Shown here: piece after piece, positions 45,201-54,082 of the stretch
Layout: each line of letters opens with the position of its first letter
How positions within the stretch are numbered: position 1 is the first letter of the stretch
Position numbers and translations under genes: made by a program
The notes under the pieces: model-generated
Databases searched by the model: none
What the model saw: the letters and a program-made list of their open reading frames with translations, nothing else
What the model was told of the DNA's origin: nothing
Virus record (IMG/VR): IMGVR_UViG_3300022752_000015
Span: 62,001-126,000 of that record
Strand: one strand, 5' to 3'
DNA: 64,000 bases

Positions 45201-45321
45201 GTCCTTTTTTGGAAGTACCAATCACACCTGCAGGAACTCCGACGGGTCCTGACGGAGGTGGTGCCTTAAGCTCAATTTCTCTTTCAAAAAAATTAGGTGA
45301 TCTAAAAACTTGTTCAGCCAT
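42274..45321 (-). CDS. Tail sheath protein, paralog 1
   Basis: REIEL, GPAFVP, MYGGFDG, PWFAPAGFNR, YGQKTL, RVNVRRLL, IFEQN. Confidence 0.92.
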   Translation of the reverse strand: MAEQVFRSPNFFEREIELKAPPPSGPVGVPAGVIGTSKKGPAFVPVTVSNFNEFASIFGDLDPKKFGPYAVNEFLKNRTALTYMRVLGGGSNRSLSDVQTTLVTGKVKNAGFKTIGIKTDSTVDLYSRTVGGVQFIVADHTIDSSEEPKGMPMFTDNDSRTQSSNVSLVRGVVLMASGARMLILDGDENVGTTFNSPVAIDDVGAVKSGKVKLVISSTLGSTFSYDDGKAGLKIYTASLNPTSADYFGKVLNKDPEKFAQYQHLLYADFAVDDEVASVIDNDAVAILSGSSLRSNTSGDTTLYFSGAYGSFDTRFTAPRTPYFISQPFGTSEYDLFSIESIDDGEYANSLYKVSISNLKVSENDAYEYGTFNLQIRDFNDTDVNPVIIEEFVNCSLDPDADNYVAKLVGDRKVTYDFDQDILVERRIVTTGKYQNVSKYVRVVMSTAVEEKKVPAKSLPFGFRGFEVLKTNDSLNDAAPTSSRIRIGGAFNDNNSASMLSGSILPPVPYRYKVTRGAVSTTANWSGEPGPLESANPAYYWGVKFERNTDPLNNNLNEEKNVLIENFTKFMGIKKLDVLVTGSGADTFNNNKFSLSKVAFANGAISELTGTIRSHMREAAYIRNGKVDPSTYVINDSGFGNRITLASLLSNGEPYQFNRFSTFAKFSTFMYGGFDGLNILDPAARRMNDKATSFETPKGAASTTYTSPGLTSNVAGTGVDNNAVSSYVTAIDVMTDPLQVNVNLLALPGIREDYLTNYTAKKVRDYGLAMYVMDIPNYDDNSDRIYDDSTNRINIENTAAIFEERTFDNNYVATYFPNVYVNDTTNSRYVKVPASVAALGALGFNDFIAYPWFAPAGFNRAALDFVNNVEVRLNVSDRDRLYDARINPIATFPRLGFVIYGQKTLQIRKSALDRVNVRRLLLEVKRLIINIANRIIFEQNTPAVRNKFVADAILQLSLIQTQAGIEAYQVIMNETNNTQEDIDLNRLNGRIVVVPTRAIEFIAIDFIVTNAGVEFV

Positions 45322-45361
45322 TCTCCTGCTCCTTCATGAATACACTGGGAATTTCTTCGTA

Positions 45362-45368
45362 TAAGTAT
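45362..45368 (-). promoter_or_regulatory. ATACTTA candidate late promoter motif
   Basis: 40 nt upstream of sheath 1. Confidence 0.45.
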
Positions 45369-45396
45369 TCAAGAGAAATCTAAAAAACTGGAATGG

Positions 45397-46737
45397 TCAC
45401 TTAGTAGTTTCGTATGTTAAATCGCCTAGTAGCGTGTCAGCCGCTGCAGGATTAGATTTTGAAGAAAGATCGCTTGACGGTTTTATGACAGTTTCGCCGG
45501 ACGCATTAGATGTTCTAAAAACCCTAGCGTAAGTCGCTACATTTTTACCTGAAGAGTTTTGAGTAATTATTTTTTGGTACACTGGTCTATTTTGTTTAGA
45601 CGACCTGGTCTGTAATGCAGGATCATTTGAGACGGCCGAGTCCGTCGGCGAATACAGTCTAGTGCCGCTTCTGCGTTGATCTGCTCTATTGTTTTTGATG
45701 TCAGACAGCGGAAGCGTTGGATCATCAGATCCAAGAAAAGGATCTTCGACCAAATTGATAGGAGACGCGGGATCATCGTCTTTCGGAGCAACGGTTTCAA
45801 ATTTTATGATTGGAGATGAAACATAACGTTTTATTGGAACTCCGGTTCCGGGAGATTGTGTGGCAAATAAGTAAGCGAGAACCTTCACGTTAAATTTGTA
45901 TTTGATAATTCTCTCTTCTTGTGACATGTCATCGACGTTATTTTCAGGTTCGTATGAATTATCTTCAACCTTGGCTATGAACCAATATCCTTTGGTCGTG
46001 TTAAGCTTCCAAGAATTGCCTTGTGGTAAAAAAGAAGCAACAATATTTTCTAAAATCTGATTCATGTGTTGCGTGTATTGAGTCCACAGAGTAATCTCGT
46101 AACGAATGTTATAAAATTGAGGAGCAGGAATGACTATGGTCTCATAGATATTTTTTTTCTTGATATCTGCAAGCCAAGCTCCATCTATTATGGCTGATGA
46201 TTCTTCATCTTCTCCCACGGTTCTGTCGGTCAAGATCTGACCATCAACATGTTCCTTGTTAGGATTAGTCGCTACATTCAGCTGGTTTTTTAATAAAAAT
46301 CGATTAATAAGATTTTGATATTTTCTATCGGATTTATCAAGACGTCTTTTTATGATGATTTCGCCGGTTTGTTGATTTATACCTCTGCCGGCGATATCTT
46401 CGTCTGAATTTTGGGAAATTCCCGTCCTGACGATAGTGATCAAAGGAAGTATCAAAGAATTGTTTCTATCTCTTAAGGCTTTTCTCTTCTTCAAGATTGC
46501 CCATTTTTCTCCCGACGCAAAGATAACAGGGACATTTTTTGGTACTGAATTGTCACCATTAACTTGCAACGTCAACTCTTTGTCGAACAAATTAAAAATC
46601 GAAACATCAACGTCTTCCAATCCGACAGGAGGGATCGTAAATTCAGCCGTTCCTTGGTGCGTTTTATCGATTAAACCTGGTACACCGAACTGAGGATTGC
46701 TGTTGGAGTTAAATCTGGTAGGCATAGTTCTGCTCAT
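45397..46737 (-). CDS. Tail sheath stabiliser/terminator (T4 gp15-like)
   Basis: VPVIFASGEKW...LILPLITI...YEITLWTQYTQHMNQILE; lies between neck and sheath genes. Confidence 0.7.
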   Translation of the reverse strand: MSRTMPTRFNSNSNPQFGVPGLIDKTHQGTAEFTIPPVGLEDVDVSIFNLFDKELTLQVNGDNSVPKNVPVIFASGEKWAILKKRKALRDRNNSLILPLITIVRTGISQNSDEDIAGRGINQQTGEIIIKRRLDKSDRKYQNLINRFLLKNQLNVATNPNKEHVDGQILTDRTVGEDEESSAIIDGAWLADIKKKNIYETIVIPAPQFYNIRYEITLWTQYTQHMNQILENIVASFLPQGNSWKLNTTKGYWFIAKVEDNSYEPENNVDDMSQEERIIKYKFNVKVLAYLFATQSPGTGVPIKRYVSSPIIKFETVAPKDDDPASPINLVEDPFLGSDDPTLPLSDIKNNRADQRRSGTRLYSPTDSAVSNDPALQTRSSKQNRPVYQKIITQNSSGKNVATYARVFRTSNASGETVIKPSSDLSSKSNPAAADTLLGDLTYETTK

Positions 46738-47399
46738 TCATCATAAAAAGAATTACCAGCACCAGTAGAATCTCCTTTGCTGGAAACTTCTCTGGGACCT
46801 GAGATTGGTGGGTCAAGAACCCCTTGCTTCACCAAATCTCTAACGTCGGCTGTCGGACCTTCGGCGTTTTCTTCAACACCTCTTTGCTGTACGAATGTGG
46901 TTTGCGTAGCATCTTTATCGGTGTACTCAATGCCAGTCGGGCCTTTAACAAGAGCCTTGAATTGACTATCACGTACTCTGAGTCCCACCAACGCGACTCC
47001 GTCAATATTTTCAGCCTGTCCGTAAATGTTTCTCATGAATCTGTATTCAGTTATTTCATAAAAAACATCGCTAAAAGAATAATAATCCCCGATTGCAGGA
47101 TTAATGCCTTTTTCTATCATGTCTCTGTGTTGGATGTAAACCTCTGATTTAAAATTAGTGTCTACTCCAAACTTGTCTATTTTTGTGTCGATCTGAAATT
47201 CGTTGCTTACTAAAACATCGATAACGATTGGATTATCGAATATTTTTTGCATAGCTTCAGCATAAACTTCATGAGTCTTGGTCTTAGTTTCTGAGATAGG
47301 ATAGTAATAGATCTTTTGGCCGATCACGTCTTTTATCACTTCTTTCGTGATGTCAGAAATGAAATTAATTTCTCTTTGCGTGATAAAAAGACGAGCCAT
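46734..47399 (-). CDS. Neck protein (T4 gp14-like)
   Basis: KEVIKDVIGQKIYYY...FGVD...PAIGDY...FYEI; synteny. Confidence 0.7.
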   Translation of the reverse strand: MARLFITQREINFISDITKEVIKDVIGQKIYYYPISETKTKTHEVYAEAMQKIFDNPIVIDVLVSNEFQIDTKIDKFGVDTNFKSEVYIQHRDMIEKGINPAIGDYYSFSDVFYEITEYRFMRNIYGQAENIDGVALVGLRVRDSQFKALVKGPTGIEYTDKDATQTTFVQQRGVEENAEGPTADVRDLVKQGVLDPPISGPREVSSKGDSTGAGNSFYDE

Positions 47400-47414
47400 A
47401 AATTATTCTCCAGT

Positions 47415-48590
47415 TTATCCTATCGAAATAGCTTTGCCTAACGGCATAGGGATAAATCTAAGTTGCTTGTTCAAGTTTTCGGCTGCGGCAGCGTCAGTTT
47501 CTAACAATTTCGCATATGTCAAATTTGCTAAAAATTCTTTCATCTGCGTATTCAACCTCTCTTTATCTTCACGAGCTTGAGTGATTAAAGCCTCACCATT
47601 AAGTTGAAGATCGGCGTTAGGTATAGGAACTGTTTGAAATTTTGATCGAATCAATCCCAACAACTCTTTGCATAAAGCTAAAGTAAACTGTCTAATCCAT
47701 TGTCTTCCAGGTTGATTTATTGAAGCAAATGGAATATTACCTAAGGGAACATTGCTAGGACCAGATATACCGTAAATTGAATCATCATGATAAGCTGGCA
47801 TGAGAGGATTTTGCGGTTTTACGACTTTTATATACAATCTTCCTGTCTGCAGATCTGTGGTAGGTATGGGATAAATTCTTAACTTTCTACCCATGATTTC
47901 GTAGCTGTAATTTGATCTTCTGACCCTGAAAGCTGTCTCTAACATCCCCCTTCTTAGTACGTCTTCAAAAACAGGTAACACATAAAATACGGTAGAGTTA
48001 ACATAAGACTCGTAATTAAAATTGGTCGCCAAAAAGTTCGTAATATTAGATGCATTCAATAAAAAGTGCTGTGCCGCAAGAGGCTCAAAATGAAAAACTT
48101 CAGCAATTTTCAATTTACCCTTTGACCCTGATGCCATGGAATCATAGATGCCAATTCCTGTTTCATTGTCTTTTACTTCAGAATAAATGTCATAATCTTG
48201 TCGGCCAGCAGCAAGATCTAGATATCCTAACGTTGCATCGTAAGATCCTCCCACGAAAGCTTGAGAAGCGTATGGTTCTGCCATACGCAACAAATGTTCC
48301 AAAGTTTGTCTCGCATATTTGTTCGTCAAATCTGCACTTCCCGTAGGTAAACCCAACAAGTTTGTCAATTCTGATGTTATTTTTGTCTCATGTATTAAAC
48401 GACTATATTCGCAACAAGCTTCTTCAAAGCACGCCCATATCTCTTTTTTGGTCAACTCCACAGACAACACGTCATCACCAAGTTTGCGTTTAACAAACAA
48501 GACCATTGCGTCGGCTTCTGATTGAAAAGTTGCGTCCGAATCAAAAAATCCGAACGGCGTGGGACCAATCGTCGTTGAAAACGTAGACAT
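47415..48590 (-). CDS. Neck/head-tail adaptor (T4 gp13-like)
   Basis: KRKLGDDVLSVEL...WIRQFTLALCKELLGLIRSKF..VP......LNG; start MSTFSTT. Confidence 0.75.
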   Translation of the reverse strand: MSTFSTTIGPTPFGFFDSDATFQSEADAMVLFVKRKLGDDVLSVELTKKEIWACFEEACCEYSRLIHETKITSELTNLLGLPTGSADLTNKYARQTLEHLLRMAEPYASQAFVGGSYDATLGYLDLAAGRQDYDIYSEVKDNETGIGIYDSMASGSKGKLKIAEVFHFEPLAAQHFLLNASNITNFLATNFNYESYVNSTVFYVLPVFEDVLRRGMLETAFRVRRSNYSYEIMGRKLRIYPIPTTDLQTGRLYIKVVKPQNPLMPAYHDDSIYGISGPSNVPLGNIPFASINQPGRQWIRQFTLALCKELLGLIRSKFQTVPIPNADLQLNGEALITQAREDKERLNTQMKEFLANLTYAKLLETDAAAAENLNKQLRFIPMPLGKAISIG

Positions 48591-48652
48591 AATACTACGT
48601 ATCTTCGAACGTAATAAATTTTGTTTGCTGAGAACCAATAACTGAATTATTG

Positions 48653-49036
48653 TTACTGATCGTTCGGATCGTAGGCATAGGTTGCCGTGACCTCATCACC
48701 AGCATGAGGAGCAAAATTCAAAGTGATAACCTTGTCTGATATACTAAAATCTTTATTGCTTCCATTATTCAAATGTTGAAGTACTCCGTTAATGAATAAA
48801 AGAACTTCTGCATCAGCTATCGGTTTATATTGCAAGGTATAAACCGTATTTACGTCGTCTGTTGCACCAACCAACGTTTCGTTCCATACCATTGTCACGG
48901 TTGTTAACGAAGCTAGGTTGCTTATCGTTTGCAATAATTGCTGCGTCTCTTCAGGAGTTGCTACATATTGTAGACGTGGACGTGGCCTGTAATACGAATA
49001 CGCTTTTCTAGTTCTTGAGGCGTCTCTAAATGCCAT
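48653..49036 (-). CDS. Virion-associated beta-rich protein
   Basis: ETLVG...YTL...LFINGVLQ...DF.I....ITLNFAP..GD module typical of phage structural proteins. Confidence 0.6.
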   Translation of the reverse strand: MAFRDASRTRKAYSYYRPRPRLQYVATPEETQQLLQTISNLASLTTVTMVWNETLVGATDDVNTVYTLQYKPIADAEVLLFINGVLQHLNNGSNKDFSISDKVITLNFAPHAGDEVTATYAYDPNDQ

Positions 49037-49054
49037 ATGATGTTGATTAAATAA

Positions 49055-49843
49055 TCACTCGATTATTTTATAAGCCTCAAAGTGCATTCCATCGGGTCTA
49101 GATTTGAACCATCCGCCCCAATAAAACCCGTTTTGGTATGCAATATCGACCAGATCTCTGACTGATCCTTTTTCATCTCGAAGAGCAGGACGAACGCCCA
49201 GACCATTCCACTGATGGTTTATATCGAACGCTGTGCCCCAAGCATGATTTGATAAAGAAGTCCGTGAACCTCTCACGAATCGTGGCACCCATGACCCACC
49301 CCAGGTTAGAATTTTTTCATTTAAATTTGCCGATTGCCAATCATCAAACAATTTCAAGAATTGTCTTGATATCTTCCCGTGAACGTGGGCCGCACCATTT
49401 TGCAAAGACCCTGGTACTCCAACTAGTTGGGGGACTTGCACGACAACTATGTTGTCTTTTGACCAATCGTCAGTGATCTTTATTGCCTCTGGATTTGTCT
49501 GCGTCGGTGAAGAAACAAAAGAGAACTTTCCAAATAATTTCATTCTTTCAAGAACAGTCAACGGATTATTGTCGGGCCGTGGAGGCCAATTAGGCCCGAA
49601 ATCTCCAGCAGAATTATCCTTTACTACGTCAAATCCATCTAACAAAGCTGCAGATATGGTTTTAGGACCTACTATACCATCCGCATCAAGATCCTTAGAG
49701 GCTTGGAACGCTTTTGTCGCGTCGAGAGTGATCGAATCATAATCACCATTGACGATTACATTAGAGTCGTTAGATAAACCTCTAAGAAAAATTTGCCAAC
49801 GTTTTACATCGGCACCTTTCATTCCTGGATATAACGTTTTCAT
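49055..49843 (-). CDS. Endolysin: peptidoglycan-binding domain plus M15 peptidase
   Basis: DVKRWQIFL...FQ....L.ADGIVGPKT; SNHAWGTAFDIN; DGMHFE. Confidence 0.9.
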   Translation of the reverse strand: MKTLYPGMKGADVKRWQIFLRGLSNDSNVIVNGDYDSITLDATKAFQASKDLDADGIVGPKTISAALLDGFDVVKDNSAGDFGPNWPPRPDNNPLTVLERMKLFGKFSFVSSPTQTNPEAIKITDDWSKDNIVVVQVPQLVGVPGSLQNGAAHVHGKISRQFLKLFDDWQSANLNEKILTWGGSWVPRFVRGSRTSLSNHAWGTAFDINHQWNGLGVRPALRDEKGSVRDLVDIAYQNGFYWGGWFKSRPDGMHFEAYKIIE

Positions 49844-49847
49844 AAAT

Positions 49848-50066
49848 TCAAATGGAAGACAGCAACGCTTGAACTGCTGTCTTCACTCTTTCTCTAAGTT
49901 CATCAGGAAGAGCTGACAACAACACATAGTGTTCTGCACGCAAAGCATTCTCAACCGGTCCACCCATGACCTCTGCAGAACTTCTTTGTACTCCCACATT
50001 GAGAACTAGCGGGGGAGCACCAACACGAGAGCTGATCATGGGTTGATATAAGTCTACCTTTTGCAT
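49848..50066 (-). CDS. Hypothetical protein
   Basis: 72-aa ORF in the operon. Confidence 0.6.
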   Translation of the reverse strand: MQKVDLYQPMISSRVGAPPLVLNVGVQRSSAEVMGGPVENALRAEHYVLLSALPDELRERVKTAVQALLSSI

Positions 50067-50076
50067 GTTATTTCTA

Positions 50077-50256
50077 TTAACCTTTTAGAATGTTAGATTT
50101 GTTGCTTAGCGCTTCATTTTTTAGAATGAAAGAATTCTTCAACTCATTCAATTGTTCTTGAAGAGCAGATGCATCGTGACCTTTTTGCACTGTTTCTTGA
50201 ATTTGAAGCTCTAATTGCTTTATCTTCATTAATAATACGTCTGTTGTCGCTGGCAT
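50077..50256 (-). CDS. 59-aa coiled-coil protein
   Basis: Manual translation MPATTDVLLMKIKQLELQIQE...NILKG*; below the track cutoff; fills the gap. Confidence 0.6.
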   Translation of the reverse strand: MPATTDVLLMKIKQLELQIQETVQKGHDASALQEQLNELKNSFILKNEALSNKSNILKG

Positions 50257-50301
50257 ATGACTTATATGTATTTCTATTTTTATTAAAGTAAAAAAGTTGA
50301 A

Positions 50302-51261
50302 TCACGTGGGTTCAAGAACCAATACTACCATTATGTTTGATGGAGTCGTGCCTGTTCCCGAGGCTGGCACGGATGCTACCGCTATTTTATCTCCTAAAGA
50401 TATTGCGATAGAGTCCGTAGTATTCGCATCCGTACCGCTTGTAGTCGTCGAGACTCCCATGCCTGATGCAGATCCATTTACATAAAGTTTATAATCAATA
50501 GATCTGGTTCCCGACCCAGCTAACTGAGCAAGATACATTTTAGTAACATTGCCTCTTATTGGCATCGGAATTTCTATGATAGTAGATGATGCTGCCGAAG
50601 TGGCGCTCCCTGGGTATAAATATCTAGTTGCATCAATGCTTATGCTTGTGGCACCAAAGTAAAATAAGAAGCTTCCACCGGCTGTTCCTGTTGGGCCTGT
50701 AGCTCCTGTGGCACCTGTAGCTCCTGCTTCTCCTCGATCGCCTGTAGCTCCTGTGGCACCATTGTCGCCCCTATCGCCTTGAGGACCAGTGGAACCTGCA
50801 GGACCCGTTGGACCTGTTGGACCCGTAGCGCCTGTAGCGCCGTTGTCACCCCTATCGCCTTGAGGACCTGTAGAACCTGCGGGACCTGTTGGGCCTGTTT
50901 CTCCTCTATCTCCAGTCGCTCCTGTCTCACCTTTATCACCTTGAGGACCTGTAGAACCTGTGGGACCTGTTGGACCCGCGGTTCCTGTTTCTCCTCGATC
51001 ACCTGTAGCACCGGTTTCGCCTTTATCTCCTTGCGGCCCAGTTGATCCTGATGGACCAGTCGGCCCTGTTGGTCCAGCAGAACCAGCTGTACCTGTCGGT
51101 CCAGCGGAGCCAGTCGGTCCCGTTGGACCAGTAGGACCGGTAGAGCCAGTTGGTCCTGCTTCTCCTTGCGGGCCCGTAGGGCCAAGCGCTGGTCTTCCAA
51201 CTGGAAATCCAGAATTATAGATGTTGTTGGTTATTCCGATTCTTCTAAATTTGACAGGCAT
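50302..51261 (-). CDS. Collagen-like fibre protein with a C-terminal globular domain
   Basis: About 56 uninterrupted Gly-X-Y triplets, then a beta-rich domain. Confidence 0.9.
   Translation of the reverse strand: MPVKFRRIGITNNIYNSGFPVGRPALGPTGPQGEAGPTGSTGPTGPTGPTGSAGPTGTAGSAGPTGPTGPSGSTGPQGDKGETGATGDRGETGTAGPTGPTGSTGPQGDKGETGATGDRGETGPTGPAGSTGPQGDRGDNGATGATGPTGPTGPAGSTGPQGDRGDNGATGATGDRGEAGATGATGATGPTGTAGGSFLFYFGATSISIDATRYLYPGSATSAASSTIIEIPMPIRGNVTKMYLAQLAGSGTRSIDYKLYVNGSASGMGVSTTTSGTDANTTDSIAISLGDKIAVASVPASGTGTTPSNIMVVLVLEPT
50683..51186 (-). repeat. Gly-X-Y collagen repeat (Thr-rich Y position)
   Basis: GPT/GAT/GST/GET triplets with duplicated blocks [21 protein letters not shown] and [18 protein letters not shown]. 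Confidence 0.95.
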
Positions 51262-51294
51262 ATAAAATTATGTTATCTCAATATAATACTTTTA

Positions 51295-51663
51295 CTATAG
51301 TGCGATGATTGAATCTATTACTTTGTTGATAAGAGGATTCCCGCTGGGGTTAGCTGAATTAGGATTCGTTGTAATCCAAAATTCGTACGTTGAACCTCCA
51401 ACATAATATCCTCTCATTCGATACTTGATGGCAGGAGTTCCTCCTGTCGTGGTGATTATTTGATATTTGAACACCTCAGGAGTCGTGCGGTCAAATTCAG
51501 TTGCGGTCTTTAAAACACCAGCATCTTGAAAGATCTCAGGAATTAAGTTAGTAAATTCAGCAGCAGAAGAGTGTTGACCATTGGATTGGAACACTTCTGG
51601 AAAGACCTGATTTTGTATTTCAGGTGGAAAGAAATCTGTAAAATCGTTTCCTGGCATGTTCAA
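51295..51663 (-). CDS. Hypothetical protein
   Basis: 122-aa ORF coupled to the upstream gene. Confidence 0.65.
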   Translation of the reverse strand: MNMPGNDFTDFFPPEIQNQVFPEVFQSNGQHSSAAEFTNLIPEIFQDAGVLKTATEFDRTTPEVFKYQIITTTGGTPAIKYRMRGYYVGGSTYEFWITTNPNSANPSGNPLINKVIDSIIAL

Positions 51664-52850
51664 CCTATGCTAAAGTTTCTACCAGTTCTATTGGGCGAAG
51701 ACGATTGAGGAGGGACTCCATCCCACGGCACTAAAACTTTTGCTTCCGTCGTGATTGGTCGTCCAAAAGCGGCCGACGAAGAAAGTTCAGAGACAGTGAG
51801 ACTGTTCATTCCGACTCCAAGAGTCAAGTGATTGAGTGTACCAAGAATTCCTCTTTCTGTACCTTCATTAACGATGACCCACACGGGAAATTTTTCGAAT
51901 GATCCGCTATTGACGAAGTTATTGTAGCCGTTCGAGGAATCATGAGCCAAAAAACCCCAACTAAATTTCAATGCACCCTTGGACAAATCTGGGTGTGCAA
52001 TGGCTCCTTGAGGCGCGTTGTTGACAAGCGTGAAGCTTCCAATCGTACCACCATACCCATGAATCCAAGGAACCACGTTGTCATTTCCAGTGTTCCACAT
52101 GACATACGGACTTTCAGGATTAGATCCAGACCTTGGAGTATAAGGACCAAAGTGCATCACTCTAGAATAACCGTCAGATGCATCATCAACAAAAATCGTG
52201 ACGCTGTCCTCAGACAAGATGAAATGACTCTTGCTTTGATTCATGTCTGTACCTGCAATTCCAGAAAGCGAAGATCTTGAACTAGAAACTTGTCCTAATA
52301 TCCCATTCGGTCTCGGAAAAAATGCTCCTTTACCAGCTGCGGTCGTTTTCCAGACAGGACCCACTGTCTCTACAAAAGCGTTTTCTCCATACCCTCCATT
52401 CCATGGACCTCCCGTGTATGGATAAACGTCAGGTACTGATCCACTCGGATGACATGCAAATGCTATTCCTACTTGAAAAAATCCATAGTTTTCACCTGTA
52501 GGTTGGGTCGAATCATCAATAAAAATAGAACCAGTGTGAGTGCGGCCGGGGGCGGCGGAACCAGTGTTTGCATAAATCAAACAATCAAACTTTCCATAAG
52601 AAGCCGAATGAAATCTAAAACATGCAAAAGATCCGGAGGCAGGAGGGTTCGGCTCATCCCAAAAATCCCACCCAGAACCTCCTTCGCCATAGTTCCACGC
52701 AAGCATTTCTATCCCTAAATCATTCATGCTAGAGGATATGTGTTGTATCAAATTAACGAAGAATTCGCCATTTGCTCTAGAGTGGACTCCGACTGAATCT
52801 CCCACTGCAGGTTCTAAATAACAATCTACTCTTGCTCTATACTTTGCCAT
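51660..52850 (-). CDS. Putative virion protein, tandem paralog B
   Basis: Same N-terminus and architecture as 52866-54065. Confidence 0.7.
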   Translation of the reverse strand: MAKYRARVDCYLEPAVGDSVGVHSRANGEFFVNLIQHISSSMNDLGIEMLAWNYGEGGSGWDFWDEPNPPASGSFACFRFHSASYGKFDCLIYANTGSAAPGRTHTGSIFIDDSTQPTGENYGFFQVGIAFACHPSGSVPDVYPYTGGPWNGGYGENAFVETVGPVWKTTAAGKGAFFPRPNGILGQVSSSRSSLSGIAGTDMNQSKSHFILSEDSVTIFVDDASDGYSRVMHFGPYTPRSGSNPESPYVMWNTGNDNVVPWIHGYGGTIGSFTLVNNAPQGAIAHPDLSKGALKFSWGFLAHDSSNGYNNFVNSGSFEKFPVWVIVNEGTERGILGTLNHLTLGVGMNSLTVSELSSSAAFGRPITTEAKVLVPWDGVPPQSSSPNRTGRNFSIG

Positions 52851-52865
52851 GTTAGATTCCTCTTG

Positions 52866-54065
52866 TCATCCTATGCTAAAATTTCTGCCTTTTCTCGTCC
52901 ATGATGTCGTTGTCGGAGGATCTCCGCTCCAAGGAACAAGAACTTTATTTTCATTCATCGTCATTCGGCCGAACGCGGCTGATGAAGAGACTGCCGAGAC
53001 GCTGAGATTAGGCATTCCTATTCCATACCAAAGATGATTCAAAATACCTAATGTTCCGCAATCAGGTCCCTCATTGATAGTGACCCATACAGGAAATTTT
53101 TCGTATGATCCATTCTCAACGAATTTATTCAAACCTAAAAACATGTCGCTGGTCGTTATGGTGTTCCAACTGAAGCGCACTGTTCCTGAAAGTAAATCTG
53201 GATGTGCGAGGGCTCCCTGATACGTGTTATCATCTACTCTAGAAGTAGTTCCTATTTGATTTCCATAGAAATGTACCCATGGAGAGAAGCTGTCAGGATT
53301 ATTACTAGACCACATGACGTATGGGCTCTCTGGTGTTGGAGTCGTACCGGATCTCGGTGTGTATGGACCAAAGTGCATGATTCTATGATTACCACCCAAT
53401 GCTGAGTCAGTAAGGATTGTCAAACTGTCCTCCGACACAATGAAGTGATTCCTAGATCCATGCATCTGGTATCCACCTAGACCTTGAAGGGCCGCTCTAG
53501 AACCAGAGCTTTCTCCTAGAATGCCATTTGGTCTTGGAAAAAACGCACCTTTGCTCTCTGGGGTTGTTTTCCAGATCTCTGATGACGTTTGTATATCTGC
53601 GCCTGAACCGTAACTTCCGTTCCACGGACCATCTGTATATGGATAGACATCAGGTACTGATCCACTAGGATGACATGCAAAGGCAATGCCTACTTGAAAG
53701 TAGCAGTGCTCTCCGCTAACGTAATTTCCATTTTGATTGTGGATGTAAACAGAACCCGTATGGTTAGTATAAGATCCTGTATTTTCATAGATCAAGCAAT
53801 CAAACTTGCCAAATGATGCTGAGTGGAATCTGAAGCAAGCAAAAGCACCTTTTCCGGCAGATCCTGGTTCGTTCCAAAAGGTCCAATCTGAACCTCCGTT
53901 ACCATAGTTCCATGCAAGCATCTCAATTCCTAGATCTGACATACTAGAAGAGATGTGTTGAATTAAGTTGACGAAAAATTCGCCATTTGCTCTAGAATGA
54001 ACGTCTACAGCATCTGCCAAGGAGGGTTCCAAATAACAATCTACTCTTGCTCTATACTTTGCCAT
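52866..54065 (-). CDS. Putative virion protein, tandem paralog A
   Basis: MAKYRARVDCYLEP...NFSIG, shared with 51660-52850. Confidence 0.7.
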   Translation of the reverse strand: MAKYRARVDCYLEPSLADAVDVHSRANGEFFVNLIQHISSSMSDLGIEMLAWNYGNGGSDWTFWNEPGSAGKGAFACFRFHSASFGKFDCLIYENTGSYTNHTGSVYIHNQNGNYVSGEHCYFQVGIAFACHPSGSVPDVYPYTDGPWNGSYGSGADIQTSSEIWKTTPESKGAFFPRPNGILGESSGSRAALQGLGGYQMHGSRNHFIVSEDSLTILTDSALGGNHRIMHFGPYTPRSGTTPTPESPYVMWSSNNPDSFSPWVHFYGNQIGTTSRVDDNTYQGALAHPDLLSGTVRFSWNTITTSDMFLGLNKFVENGSYEKFPVWVTINEGPDCGTLGILNHLWYGIGMPNLSVSAVSSSAAFGRMTMNENKVLVPWSGDPPTTTSWTRKGRNFSIG

Positions 54066-54082
54066 GTTATCTCATTCTTTCA

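Noticed and set aside
50640-51220. Repetitive alternative-frame ORFs (QVLQV, RTCRTC, GPVGPV)
   Set aside because: By-products of the collagen codon periodicity.
51660-54065. Possible diversity-generating retroelement template/variable repeat pair
   Set aside because: Both copies are full genes, differences are not adenine-specific, and there is no reverse transcriptase in the window.
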